Positions 1 through 13,163 of a stretch of 64,000 bases of DNA are shown piece by piece (position 1 is the first letter of the stretch; every line of letters starts with the position of its first letter). The stretch lies in NCBI GenBank assembly GCA_965235115.1, contig OZ249436.1, positions 2,296,001 through 2,360,000 on the forward strand, read 5' to 3'. The position numbers were made by a program, and so were the translations under genes. Under the pieces are notes generated by a model. The model was given only the letters and a program-made list of their open reading frames with translations, searched no databases and had not been told where the DNA came from. The DNA comes from Laetmonice hystrix (taxonomy: Eukaryota).

Positions 1-299
1 TCAGGTCTGATGTTTTATCAATACACGCATGCTTACATACACACACACAAAACGACGTTGGTAATGAGCTGTTGGGACAAGGATGGCTGAATGAAGTCTC
101 ATATTAACTGATATGAACGTCATTGTTAATGCACAGTGATATGTTTGTACCGAAGATCAGGTAAATATTTCATAGATGAGTCCCTTTCACTCGGCTTTGC
201 TTGCCTTGACGGTCGTCAAGATGAAGGGAATCATTTGCTTTCATTGACTTCATACAGATTTTGCCGACATTGGCTTAGTTATTGTATGTAGAGGGGCAC

Positions 300-860
300 C
301 GGTTTCATGTCTCAATGTAAGTACACAATATACTGGAAAAATAATATATGGCAAAGCCAGGAATGGTTGAGGTTGTAGGAGAAATATTCCCGCGGTCTCA
401 ATGTAAGTACAAAAATAAATACATGAAAAATAATATGTGTCAGGGCCAGGGATGATTGAGGTTGTATTGGTAGGAGGAGATATACTACCGCGGTCTCAAT
501 GTAAATACAGAAATAAATATATGAAAAATAATATGTGCCCGAGCCAGGGATGATTGAGGTTGTATTGGTAGGAGGCGAAATATTCCCGCGGTTTCCGTGT
601 AAGTACAGACATAAATACATGAAAAATAATATGTGCCAGAGCCAGGAATGATTGAGGTAGGAGGCGAAATATTCCCGCGATTTCGGTGTAAGTACAGAAA
701 TAAATACATGAAGAATTATATGTGCCAGAGCCAGGGATGATTGAGGTTGTATTGGTAGGAGAAAAATTCCCGGGGTTGCAATGTAAGTACAGAAATAAAT
801 ACATGAGAAAATAATATGTGCCAGAGCCAGTGATGATTGAGGTTGTATTGGTAGGAGGAC
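300..860. repeat. ~95-100 bp minisatellite, ~6 copies (about 4 copies at ~7295-7670)
   Basis: Unit ~ctcaatgtaagtacagaaataaatacatgaaaaataatatgtgccagagccagggatgattgaggttgtattggtaggagaaatattcccgcggt. Confidence 0.9.
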
Positions 861-1389
861 AGAATGTTCCTGCCGTGTGTGAACATGTTCCACTGTTCGC
901 GTCTCATGAAGCCAACTAAATACAAAAGGACAACTAACAGAATAAAGTGTTATCAATTACTGTTTTAGGAGACGTCGCACTGATGTAGAAGATTTATTGG
1001 AAGACTATTAGAGATAAAAACTGTCGCGAGAGAGTGTTTTTATTGCACACATAGCGAGAGATCCCAAATCGTCAGATATTATCCGACAACTAGTGAAATA
1101 AAAAGGCCAAAGTCATGCAGTGTCTAAAATGAGAATGTTTCATTTGGTTTGATTTATTTGGAGGACCAAGTTAATTAGGCCAGTTTAAACGTCCACCTTA
1201 AGTAGTTCTAAAGGAACTTCAGCGCTGTGGTTTCGAGTCCCGCTAGAATCTAGCGTATATGAAAAAAGTAACAATTTGAACTAACTTCTAAACAGTATGT
1301 AATGCTGTAGGCGTACACCTAGTCTTACAAAATGTGCAATCAATGCTGGTCATCGTGATTTTGATAGGTTTTAAGATTACTAGGCTTCA

Positions 1390-1627
1390 CAGAGGCGGAT
1401 CTAGGGGGGGGCAGGGGCAAGTATAGTATAACTTAGGCCCAAATGAACCCAGCCACCCCTTTTGACTTTCGAGCAGTAAAGTAAGGTCTAACAGTAAACC
1501 TGGAGATTTATGAACATTGAAATTTGTATAAAACATGATTTAGTTATCAGCAGTTCAGGACCAGCCACCCCTTTCTGACTTCGTCCCGGTGGGGCCCCCC
1601 TAAGCCAAAATCCTGGATCCGCCCCTG
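1390..1627. mobile_element. MITE, hAT-like (CAGGGGCGGATCCAGG-type ends), 5-bp TSD
   Basis: Termini cagaggcggatctagg / cctggatccgcccctg; cttca on both flanks. Confidence 0.8.
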
Positions 1628-1887
1628 CTTCAGGTTTTGGGAGCAGTCGCGAGTAATCGATCTCACCGACGTTAAAAGTCGGAGATCGTGAAGTCTAACC
1701 TAAGTCGTGTCGTGTTAGGTGAGGGAACGCTGGCGTTTGGTGTTGCGTCTGTGGGTGGGTGAAGGGGTGCGTGTCAGTCGGAGCCCCCCCCCCCCCCGGC
1801 GGGACCGACTTATCATTTAGGGGGTGGGGGGCTCACTGTCCATGATATTAACATTAGCCCTGTGATAACGTCACAGTTCACCGGTTA

Positions 1888-2321
1888 GTGACGTCACAAC
1901 GGGAGCCAGCCAATCACAGGGTCCCAGGTGTGGGGTCGCCCCGATTCCCGAACCCAAGGCCCGGTGGTGTGACTGCAGTTATGAATGGTCCCGCTGCGTC
2001 CCGCCAGGCGGCATGGTACGTGACTTTTCACAACCTTGTCATACTGTCAGTTGTCATCAATCCAGATGAAGTGAAAGCGGAGATTAGGGGTCGGTCTAAC
2101 GAGCGACCGGTCTAACGAGCGACCGGTCTAACGAGCGACCACTAACGGAATGACGGGACAAAATGCATTTTGAATTTTGTTTTAAAGTTTGGCACACCGA
2201 AACCTCAGACCGCCCTGAAACAAGTCTTCTGCTAAATATAAGCCACTCTGAGGTGGAAGAAGAGTGTCTTTGTCTGGAGACAGTAGATCTGGTTGGTTGC
2301 TGCAACGACTACTTTATATAA
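1888..2321 (+). promoter_or_regulatory. Candidate Pol II promoter (CRE palindrome, CCAAT box, TATA-like motifs); duplicated at ~8701-9135
   Basis: GTGACGTCAC 1888-1897, AGCCAATCA 1908-1916, TAAATATAA 2233-2241 and TATATAA 2315-2321, upstream of the candidate exon at 3926. Confidence 0.4.
2093..2140. repeat. 16-bp repeat x3 (also 8906-8953)
   Basis: ggtctaacgagcgacc x3. Confidence 0.9.
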
Positions 2322-2409
2322 CATCCACAGTATCGACAGTCAAGATCAAACAACAAAATACTTGCTGACTTTTAGTTACAAAATCTTAACTTCATATCAA
2401 GGTGTGACC

Positions 2410-2670
2410 AAAACATTGGATGATGGTTTAACAGTAATAAACAAAACATTGGATGATGGTTTAACAGTAATAAACAAAACATTGGATGATGGTTTTACAG
2501 TAATAAACAAAACATTGGATGATGGTTTTACAGTAATAAACAAAACATTGGATGATGGTTTTACAGTAATAAACAAAACATTCGATGATGGTTTTACAGT
2601 AATAAACAAAACATTGGATGATGGTTTTTACAGTAATAAACAAAACATTGGATGATGGTTTTACAGTAAT
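2410..2670. repeat. 33-bp minisatellite x8 (x5 at ~9224-9388)
   Basis: aaacaaaacattggatgatggttttacagtaat. Confidence 0.95.
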
Positions 2671-2681
2671 GGACCATTTTC

Positions 2682-3130
2682 TCGGTCAGGGTTGTATACG
2701 GAATGATCTCCAACCTTGCGTGTCGGACGACGTCAGTCAGTGTACACCTGTAGACTACAGGTAGCAGCAGAATGATCACACCTCCCCCCCCCCGGTCAGG
2801 GTACATACGGAATGATCTCCAACCTTGTGTGTCGGACGACGTCAATCAGTGTACACCTGTAGACTACAGGTAGCAGCAGAATGATCACACCCCCCCCCCC
2901 CCCGGTCAGGGTTGTATACGGAATGATCTCCAACCTTGTGTGTCGGACGACGTCAATCAGTGTACACCTGTAGACTACAGGTAGCAGCAGAATGATCACA
3001 CCTGCCCCCCCCCCCCCCGGTCAGGGTACATACGGAATGATCTCCAACCTTGTGTGTCGGACGACGTCAATCAGTGTACACCTGTAGACTACAGGTAGCA
3101 GCAGAATGATCGCACCTGCCCCCCCCCTCC
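2682..3130. repeat. ~110-bp minisatellite x4 (x8 at ~9397-10280)
   Basis: ggtcagggt..tacggaatgatctccaacc...acctgtagactacaggt...poly-C. Confidence 0.95.
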
Positions 3131-3344
3131 CACTCCTCCCGCCAGTGGTGTCATTTTTTGTTTCCATTACCTTTGTTAGTTTCTTGATGTCAGTAGTACA
3201 CCTGTGGCTGATGTGCAGGTAATATTTTGAGGAGCTAACTGTATTAAGACTCCGTTATTGTTACCAGTTGAGTAAGTGGCATTTATTTATGAATTATTCC
3301 GTCACAAAACGCACTGGCATTTCAGCAAGATTTCTATTCATTTC

Positions 3345-3650
3345 AGTGAGTGAGTGAGTGAGTGAGTGAATGGGTGAGTGAGTGAGTGAATGGGTGAGTG
3401 AGTGAATGAGTGAGTGATATCTTAGACAACCGTTGTGTAAAATCCTCACTCACTCTCTATGGTAATACATAGAGAGTGAGTGGGGGAGTGAGTGAATGAG
3501 TGAGTGAGTGAATGAGTGAGTGATATCTTAGACAATCGTTGTGTAAAATCCTCACTCACTCTCTATGGTAATACATAGAGAGTGAGTGGGGTGAGTGAGT
3601 GAATGGGTGAGTGAGTGAGTGAGTGAGTGAGTGAATGAGTGAGCGATATC
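3345..3650. repeat. (GAGT)n microsatellite with ~105-bp hairpin-containing unit x2
   Basis: Perfect 15-bp stem cactcactctctatg-gtaata-catagagagtgagtg at 3447-3482. Confidence 0.9.
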
Positions 3651-3925
3651 TAAGATTACAACCAGTATTGATTATGACCTGAGTGGGTTTATAGCTGAAA
3701 TCGTTTAATTAGGTATCATTGGGACCATTAGCTGTACGTTAGACCAGCCAAGAGTTCGGGGTAATGAAATCTCGGTTAACTACCCTGCAGATTAATGACA
3801 ACTGTCACGCAGTGGGACAGAGTTAGCCTTCTCATTGGTTTAAACGTGTTCTAGTATAAGAAAACAAATTCTGGTCGATCAGCAACGAACATCCTTCCAG
3901 TAAATTTTATTTTTAACCTATTCAG

Positions 3926-4295
3926 ATTCTAAACTTATGATGAACTCTGACCCAACCGGCAGAGACATCTAGCGGAGATAGAGGATGTCAAACTGTCAGG
4001 GCTGCCGTTTCCAATATCCCATAATGCAGAGGGGCTTGCTCCACTACCCACCACTTGAATGATGTGAACGATCTCTGTCCGGACAGTGTGCCGTGTCATG
4101 ATGGTGGCGAGCATGATGTCAAACGGCCGGGGTAATAATGTAGTGTGAGTAGTCGAGTGTAGCTCAGTATAACGAGTTTGGGATTGGTAGCTAAGACTGT
4201 AGACTCCTAGCATTTTATATGATACGATGAATGCATGTGAATGTTTTAAAGAGAGGACCTGGAAAATGTAAAATGTCTGGATCTGCACAGCCCGA
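3926..4295 (+). other. Candidate spliced exon: 5'UTR plus possible start (M)HVNVLKRGPGKCK-MSGSAQP, phase-2 donor
   Basis: Acceptor ttttatttttaacctattcag|3926 and donor 4295|gtaagt. In-frame ATGs at 4231 and 4273 follow an in-frame TGA at 4228. No homology recognised. Confidence 0.45.
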
Positions 4296-4309
4296 GTAAG
4301 TCAAGTTAT

Positions 4310-4965
4310 TGTAGTAGTTGATAATCTGAGAGAAACAGTGGTTGATGATAAAGTCCTTGTGATTACAGTGTGATTCCAGAGTTATTGACGGATTCTTGCC
4401 AGGGTAGTAGTTGATAATCTGAGAGAAACAGTGGTTGATGATAAAGTCCTTGTGATTACAGTGTGATTCCAGAGTTATTGATGGATTCCTGCCAGGGTAG
4501 TAGTTGATAATCTGAGAGAAACAGTGGTTGATGATAAAGTCCTTGTGATTACAGTGTGATTCCAGAGTTATTGATGGATTCCTGCCAGGGTAGTAGTTGA
4601 TAATCTGATAGAAACAGTGGTTGATGATAAAGTCCTTGTGATTACAGTGTGATTCCAGAGTTATTGATGGATTCCTGCCAGGGTAGTAGTTGATAATCTG
4701 ATAGAAACAGTGGTTGATGATAAAGTCCTTGTGATTACAGTGTGATTCCAGAGTTATTGATGGATTCCTGCCAGGGTAGTAGTTGATAATCTGATAGAAA
4801 CAGTGGTTGATGATAAAGTCCTTGTGATTACAGTGTGATTCCAGAGTTATTGATGGATTCCTGCCAGGGTAGTAGTTGATAATCTGAGAGAAACAGTGGT
4901 TGATGATAAAGTCCTTGTGATTACAGTGTGATTCCAGAGTTATTGATGGATTCCTGCCAGGGTAG
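4310..4965. repeat. 93-bp minisatellite x7 (~6.5 copies at 11577-12180)
   Basis: gggtagtagttgataatctgagagaaacagtggttgatgataaagtccttgtgattacagtgtgattccagagttattgatggattcctgcca-type unit. Confidence 0.95.
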
Positions 4966-5196
4966 CAGGTGGCATGGTGATGTGGAAACTGATATAACGG
5001 CAGGTTTTGGGCTGAAACTATAGGAGCAATGAATTTTGTTTCCGTATGAAATAATACCTTGATAATGTAAAAACTGACGTGTACAAGAGAAAACCTTTTA
5101 TAATCCGACGACTGTTGTTCGTGAGGCAGTAACTGGTCGTGGTTGTTGTCCTCCCATATTAACAACAGAGGTCCGGGAATTATACGGTGAGATGAG

Positions 5197-5210
5197 CCGC
5201 CCTCTAGCGG
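5197..5210 (-). promoter_or_regulatory. CTCF-like motif (duplicate at 12411-12424)
   Basis: Minus strand reads CCGCTAGAGGGCGG, close to the CTCF core consensus. Confidence 0.5.
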
Positions 5211-5731
5211 CCGCCGGCGACACTAAGCCTCCGTACCAGGAGTGTGGATTACTCTGTGAGTACTATGCCGTCCGCACAGCTCACTCAGAGATCCCAAAGC
5301 TGTCCTTGTCCCTGATGGAAAACCTTTTACAGCGTTTACAATTCATCAGCACGGGTCCGGGAGAATATTCATTAGAGTGGACTGGAATTCGGATCAAAAT
5401 TACGATCGGTAAAAAGAGATGAGATGCGCGCTGCTCTGGCATTTACATATTTCATTCAGAGACCTTGTTTTTTAAACGTGGAATCGAAAGTTCTGATTTC
5501 CCATGATGTGAAGGGCAAAAAATCCATAGTGTTTTATTTTTAGCTGGCAACATCTCTTTCTTGAGAGATTTGTGGGCAAAATAACGCGAGATTACGTTGT
5601 GAAGCATGGAAGAACATAGACTATGGTACACCCCTGAGAAACAGTCCACATTGAGAGAGAGAGCTATGTGAAGTCGGCTAGGTAATATATGTACACTGAT
5701 GTATATAGAAATCATACAATGAAAAAGTCAG

Positions 5732-5952
5732 GGGCGGGTTGCACTAACGGTCCTACGGGCTAGGACTGAATTTAGGACCAGTCCTACTGAGTGTCATGCC
5801 CCCCAAGCACTTCATATCTATCTGAGTTTCAATAGCCCTTGAGATATAAAAGTTGACGAATTACATTTAAATTATGGATATTGGCCTTTGTTGAATGTAG
5901 GACTGGTCCTAAAGTCAGTCCTAACCCGTAGGACCGTTAGTGCAACCCGCCC
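5732..5952. mobile_element. MITE with ~55-bp TIRs and CAG TSD (PIF/Harbinger-like)
   Basis: gggcgggttgcactaacggtcctacggg...cccgtaggaccgttagtgcaacccgccc, with cag on both flanks. Confidence 0.88.
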
Positions 5953-6591
5953 CAGGTTGGGCCGTTCGGCACGAGCTGGCTGTGGGGGACGTATATATGG
6001 CAGCATGTCGGTCGTGGATCTATAGAAAGACATGATTAACTTGTTTCGTTTGGCACGAAACCCTATGCTCTTTGAGTTTAAAACATTGAAAGGTCACTGC
6101 TCTATGTAATCATTCGTTGCGGTGGGCTATGTATTGATAACCTTACAAGTAAAGGACAAAGCGATGAGTATGCACGTGTCTGGAAAAGTGGAACACCGGC
6201 AAGACTGCGGGGAAAAGCTTTTTGATTGTCGCTCAGTGCTGGGGAAGCTGTCATTTCATTTCACGCTTTTCAAAACCACGGCTTCAGGCTTCATATTCGG
6301 ACAGTTTATTACAAACTTTCACGGTCACATCGGATTATTTGAAACCATTTTAATGCCGTTAATAGCCAGGTGTTTAGACTGGAGTGTATGATTACCAGTG
6401 TTCTAGGGTAGAAAGGTTAGCAGGTGTTGTGAGGGGGAACCTTGTCTGAGGTTAATATTACCCCACTCTTACCCGGGGGGGGGGGGGGGGGGTTGCCCCC
6501 GGCTGGTGGCCAGCCAGACCCAGCCGTATAGAATTACCTTTTTTATAGTTCCTATATATAGAATCAATCAATGGAACAGCGCTCTCACCTT

Positions 6592-6935
6592 ACGCCAATC
6601 TAAGATGTGAGGTTTTATATACAGTATGTACTTGATGGTGGGTCGGGTTTGTGCCATACTGTGGGTAATAAAACAAAAATCATAGGTTTGTCCGCCAATC
6701 TAAGATGTGAGGTTTTATATACAGTATGTACTTGATGGTGGGGTGGGTTTTGTGTCGTGCTGTGGGTAATAAAACAAAAATCATAGGTTTGTCCGCCAAT
6801 CTAAGATGTGAGGTTTTATATACAGTATGTACTTGATGGTGGGTGGGCTTGTGCCATACTGTGGGTAATAAAACAAAAATCATAGGTTTGTCCGCCAATC
6901 TAAGATGTCATGTTTTATACAGTATGTACTTGCAT
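6592..6935. repeat. ~100-bp minisatellite x3.4 at the duplication junction
   Basis: cgccaatctaagatgtgaggttttatatacagtatgtacttgatggtggg...cataggtttgtc. Confidence 0.9.
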
Positions 6936-8202
6936 GTATCCCTGTTTTCCGCGAACATGCATTGCACTTCTAATCTTTATTACGCATGTACATTCAGGTC
7001 TGATGTTTTATCAATACACGCATGCTTACATACACACACACACAAAACGACGTTGGTAATGAGCTGTTGGGACAAGGATGGCTGAATGAAGTCTCATATT
7101 AACTGATATGAACGTCATTGTTGATGCACAGTGATATGTTTGTACCGAAGATCAGGTAAATATTTCATAGATGAGTCCCTTTCACTCGGCTTTGCTTGCC
7201 TTGACGGTCGTCAAGATGAAGGGAATCATTTGCTTTCATTGATTTCATACAGATTTTGCCGACATTGGCTTAGTTATTGTATGTAGAGGGGCACCGGTTT
7301 CATGTCTCAATGTAAGTACACAATATACTGGAAAAATAATATATGGCAAAGCCAGGAATGATGGAGGTTGTATTGGTAGGAGAAATATTCCCGCGGTCTC
7401 AATGTAAGTACAAAAATAAATACATGAAAAATAATATGTGCCCGAGCCAGGGATGATTGAGGTTGTATTGGTAGGAGAAATATTCCCGGGGTCTCAATGT
7501 AAGTACAGAAATAAATACATGAAAAATAATATGGGCCAGGGCCAGGGATGATTTAGGTTATACTGGTAGGAGAAGAAATATTCCCGCGGTTTCAGTGTAA
7601 GTACAGAAATAAATACATGAAGAATAATATGTGCCAGAGCCAGTGATGATTGAGGTTGTATTGGTAGGAGGACAGAATGTTCCTGCCGTGTGTGAACATG
7701 TTCCACTGTTCGCGTCTCATGAAGCCAACTAAATACAAAATGACAACTAACAGAATAAAGTGTTATCAATTACTGGTTTAGGAGACGTCGCACTGATGTA
7801 GAAGATTTATTGGAAGACTATTAGAGATAAAAACTGTCGCTAGAGAGTGTTTTTATTCCAAACATAGCGAGAGATCTCAAATCGTCAGATATTATCCGAC
7901 AACTAGTGAAATAAAAAGGCCAAAGTCATGCAGTGTCTAAAATGAGAATGTTTCATTTGGTTTGATTTATTTGGAGGACCAAGTTAATTAGGCCAGTTTA
8001 AACGTCCAACTTAAGTAGTTCTAAAGGAACTTCAGCGCTGTGGTTTCGAGTCCCGCTAGAATCTAGCGTATATGAAAAAAGTAACAATTTGAACTAACTT
8101 CTAAACAGTATGTAATGCTGTAGGCGTACATCTAGTCTTACAAAATGTGCAATCAATGCTGGTCATCGTGATTTTGATAGGTTTTAAGATTACTAGGCTT
8201 CA

Positions 8203-8440
8203 CAGAGGCGGATCTAGGGGGGGGGAGGGGCAAGTATAGTATAACTTAGGCCCAAATGAACCCAGCCACCCCTTTCGACTTTCGAGCAGTAAAGTAAGGT
8301 CTAACAGTAAACCTGGAGATTTATGAACATTGAAATTTGTATAAAACATGATTTAGTTATCAGCAGTTCAGGACCAGCCACCCCTTTCTGACTTCGTCCC
8401 GGTGGGGCCCCCCTAAGCGAAAATCCTGGATCCGCCCCTG
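8203..8440. mobile_element. Duplicate of hAT-like MITE
   Basis: Same TIRs and cttca TSD as 1390-1627. Confidence 0.8.
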
Positions 8441-10497
8441 CTTCAGGTTTTGGGAGCAGTCGCGAGTAATCGATCTCGCCGACGTTAAAAGTCGGAGATC
8501 ATGAAGTCTAACCTAAGTCGTGTTGATAGGTGAGGGAACGCTGGCGTTTGGTGTTGCGTCTGTGGGTGGGTGAAGGGGTGCGTGTCAGTCGGAGGCCCCC
8601 CCCCCCCCCCGGCGGGACCGACTTATCATTTAGGGGGTGGGGGGCTCACTGTCCATGATATTAACATTAGCCCCGTGATAACGTCACAGTTCACCGGTTA
8701 GTGACGTCACAACGGGAGCCAGCCAATCACAGGGTCCCAGGTGTGGGGTCGCCCCGATTCCCGAACCCAAGGCCCGGTGGTGTGACTGTGGTTATGAATG
8801 GTCCCGCTGCGTCCCGCCAGGCGGCATGGTACGTGACTTTTCACAACCTTGTCATACTGTCAGTTGTCATCAATCCAGATGAAGTGAAAGCGGAGATTAG
8901 GGGTCGGTCTAACGAGCGACCGGTCTAACGAGCGACCGGTCTAACGAGCGACCACTAACGGAATGACGGGACAAAATGCATTTTGAATTTTGTTTTAAAG
9001 TTTGGCACACCGAAACCTCAGACCGCCCTGAAACAAGTCTTCTGCTAAATATAAGCCACTCTGAGGTGGAAGAAGAGTGTCTTTGTCTGGAGACAGTAGA
9101 TCTGGTTGGTTGCTGCAACGACTACTTTATATAACATCCACAGTATCGACAGTCAAGATCAAACAACAAAAATACTTGCTGACTTTTAGTTACAAAATCT
9201 TAACTTCATATCAAGGTGTGACCAAAACATTGGTTGATGGTTTTACAGTAATAAACAAAACATTGGATGATGGTTTTACAGTAATAAACAAAACATTGGA
9301 TGATGGTTTTACAGTAATAAACAAAACATTGGATGATGGTTTTACAGTAATAAATAAAACATTGGATGATGGTTTTACAGTAATAAACCATTTTCTCGGT
9401 CAGGGTACATACGGAATGATCTCCAACCTTGTGTGTCGGACGACGTCAATCAGTGTACACCTGTAGACTACAGGTAGCAGAATGATCGCACCTCCCCCCC
9501 CCCCGGTCAGGGTTGTATACGGAATGATCTCCAACCTTGTGTGTCGGACGACGTCAATCAGTGTACACCTGTAGACTACAGGTAGCAGCAGAATGATCTC
9601 ACCTGCCCCCCCCCCCCCGGGTCAGGGTACATACGGAATGATCTCCAACCTTGCGTGCCGGACGACGTCAATCAGTGTACACCTGTAGACTACAGGTAGC
9701 AGCAGAATGATCACACCTCCCCCCCCGGTCAGGGTACATACGGAATGATCTCCAACCTTGCGTGTCGGAGGACGTCAATCAGTGTACACCTGTAGACTAC
9801 AGGTAGCAGAATGATCACACCTCCCCCCCCCCGGTCAGGGTTGTATACGGAATGATCTCCAACCTTGCGTGTCGGACGACGTCAATCAGTGTACACCTGT
9901 AGACTACAGGTAGCAGAATGATCGCACCTGCCCCCCCCCCGGTCAGGGTTGTATACGGAATGATCTCCAACCTTGCGTGTCGGACGACGTCAATCAGTGT
10001 ACACCTGTAGACTACAGGTAGCAGCGGAATGATCTCACCTGCCCCCCCCCCCCCGGGTCAGGGTACATACGGAATGATCTCCAACCTTGTCTGTCGGACG
10101 ACGTCAATCAGTGTACACCTGTAGACTACAGGTAGCAGCGGAATGATCTCACCTGCCCCCCCCCCCGGGTCAGGGTACATACGGAATGATCTCCAACCTT
10201 GCGTGTCGGACGACGTCAATCAGTGTACACCTGTAGACTACAGGTAGCAGCAGAATGATCGCACCTGCACCCCCCCCCCTCCCACTCCTCCCAGCAGTGG
10301 TGTCATTTTTTTGTTTCCATTACCTTTGTTAGTTTCTTGATGTCAGTAGTACACCTGTGGCTGATGTGCAGGTAATATTTTGAGGAGCTAACTGTATTAA
10401 GACTCCGTTATTGTTACCAGTTGAGTAAGTGGCATTTATTTATGAATTATTCCGTCACAAAACGCACTGGCATTTCAGCAAGATTTCTATTCATTTC

Positions 10498-11576
10498 AGT
10501 GAGTGAGTGAGTGAGTGAGTGAGTGAGTGAATGGGTGAGTGAGTGAATGAGTGAGTCATATCTTAGACAACCGTTGTGTAAAATCCTCACTCACTCTCTA
10601 TGGTAATACATAGAGAATGAGTGGGGTGAGTGAGTGAATGGGTGAGTGAGTGAATGAGTGAGTGATATCTAAGACAATCGTTGTGTAAAATCCTCACTCA
10701 CTCTCTATGGTAATACATAGAGAATGAGTGGGGTGAGTGAGTGAATGGGTGAGTGAGTGAATGAGTGAGTAATATTTAAGGCAACCGTTGTGTAAAATCC
10801 TCACTCACTCTCTATGGTAATACATAGAGAATGAGTGGGGTGAGTGAGTGAATGGGTGAGTGAGTGAATGAGTGAGTGATATCTAAGGCAACCGTTGTGT
10901 AAAATCCTCACTCACTCTCTATGGTAATACATAGAGAGTGAGTGGGGGAGTGAGGGAATGGGTGAGTGAGTGAATGAGTGAGTGATATCTTAGACAACCG
11001 TTGTGTAAAATCCTCACTCACTCTCTATGGTAATACATAGAGAGTGAGTGGGGGGAGTGAGTGAATGGGTGAGTGAGTGATATATAAGACAGTCGTCGTG
11101 TAAAATCCTCACTCACTCTCTATGGTAATACATAGAGAGTGAGTGGGTGAGTGAGTGAATGGGTGAGTGAGTGAATGAGTGAGTGATATCTAAGACAATC
11201 GTTGTGTAAAATCCTCACTCACTCTCTATGGTAATACATAGAGAATGAGTGGGTGAGTGAGTGAATGGGTGAGTGAGTGAATGAGTGAGTGATATCTAAG
11301 ACAATCGTTGTGTAAAATCCTCACTCACTCTCTATGGTAATACATAGAGAATGAGTGGGTGAGTGAGTGAATGGGTGAGTGAGTGAATGAGTGAGTGATA
11401 TCTAAGACAATCGTTGTGTAAAATCCTCACTCACTCTCTATGGTAATACATAGAGAATGAGTGGGTGAGTGAGTGAATTGGTGAGTGACTGAATGAGTGA
11501 GTGATATCTTAGACAATCGTTGTGTAAAATCCTCACTCACTCTCTATGGTAATACATATAGAGTGAGTGGGGTGAG
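10498..11576. repeat. (GAGT)n/hairpin ~105-bp unit expanded to ~10 copies
   Basis: Ten tatggtaatacat hairpin loops versus two in copy 1. Confidence 0.92.
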
Positions 11577-12942
11577 ATTACAGTGTGATTCCAGAGTTAT
11601 TGATGGATTCCTGCCAGGGTAGTAGTTGATAATCTGAGAGAAACAGTGGTTGATGATAAAGTCCTTGTGATTACAGTGTGATTCCAGAGTTATTGATGGA
11701 TTCCTGCCAGGGTAGTAGTTGATAATCTGAGAGAAACAGTGGTTGATGATAAAGTCCTTGTGATTACAGTGTGATTCCAGAGTTATTGATGGATTCCTGC
11801 CAGGGTAGCAGTTGATAATCTGAGAGAAACAGTGGTTAATGATAAAGTCCTTGTGATTACAGTGTGATTCCAGAGTTATTGATGGATTCCTGCCAGGGTA
11901 TAGTAGTTGATAATCTGAGAGAAACAGTGGTTGATGATAAAGTCCTTGTGATTACAGTGTGATTCCAGAGTTATTGATGGATTCCTGCCAGGGTAGTGGT
12001 GGATAATCTGATAGAAACAGTGGTTGATGATAAAGTCCTTGTGATTACAGTGTGATTCCAGAGTTATTGATGGATTCCTGCCAGGGTAGTAGTTGATAAT
12101 CTGAGAGAAACAGTGGTTGATGATAAAGTCCTTGTGATTACAGTGTGATTCCAGAGTTATTGATGGATTCCTGCCAGGGTAGCAGGTGGCCTGGTGATGT
12201 GGAAACTGATATAACGGCAGGTTTTGGGGTGAAACTAAAGGAGCAATGAATTTTGTTTCCGTATGAAATAATACCTTGATAATGTACAAACTGACGTGTA
12301 CAAGACAAAACCTTTTATAATCCGACGACTGTTGTTCGTGAGGCAGTAACTGGTCGTGGTTGTTGTCCTCCCATATTAACAGAGGTCCGGGTATTATACG
12401 GTGAGATGAGCCGCCCTCTAGCGGCCGCCGGCGAACTAAGCCTCCGTACCAGGAGTGTGGATTACTCTGTGAGTACTATGCCGTCCGCACAGCTCACTCA
12501 GAGATCCCAAAGCTGTCCTTGTGCCTGATGGAAAACCTTTTACAGCGTTTACAATTCATCAGCACGGATCCGTGAGAATATTCATTAGAGTGGACTGGAA
12601 TTCGGATCAAAATTACGATCGGTAAAAAGAGATGAGATGCGCGCTGCTCTGGCATTTACATATTTCATTCAGAGACCTTGTTTTTTAAACGTGGAATCGA
12701 AAGTCCTGATTTCCCATGATGTGAAGGGCAAAAAATCCATAGTGTTTTATTTTTAGCTGGCAACATCTCTTTCTTGAGAGATTTGTGGGCAAAATAACGC
12801 GAGATTACGTTGTTAAGCATGGAAGAACATAGACTATGGTACACCCCTGAGAAACAGTCCACATTGAGACAGAGCGATGTGAAGTCGGCGAGGTAATATA
12901 TGTACACTGATGTATATAATAATCATACAATGAAAAAGTCAG

Positions 12943-13163
12943 GGGCGGGTTGCACTAACGGTCCTACGGGCTAGGACTGAATTTAGGACCAGTCCTACTG
13001 AGTGTCATGCCCCCCAAGCACTTCATATCTATCTGAGTTTCAATAGCCCTTGAGATATAAAAGTTGACGAACTACATTTAAATTATGGATATTGGCCTTT
13101 GTTGAATGTAGGACTGGTCCTAAAGTCAGTCCTAACCCGTAGGACCGTTAGTGCAACCCGCCC
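12943..13163. mobile_element. Duplicate of PIF/Harbinger-like MITE
   Basis: Same TIRs and CAG TSD as 5732-5952. Confidence 0.88.

Larger units (their letters stand above)
1..6590. repeat. Tandem segmental duplication, copy 1 (begins upstream of the window)
   Basis: Position 1 (tcaggtctgatgttttatc) recurs at 6994. The two copies are co-linear with only scattered substitutions until gaacagcgctctcacct (6590 vs 13797). Confidence 0.95.

Noticed and set aside
1229..1241. Pol III B-box-like GTTTCGAGTCC (tRNA or SINE)
   Set aside because: No A-box at suitable spacing and no cloverleaf visible.
4215..5165. 316-aa ORF (and similar repeat ORFs at 312-956, 33559-34367, 34992-35714, 36017-36807)
   Set aside because: Repeat-derived; the first is broken in the duplicate copy.
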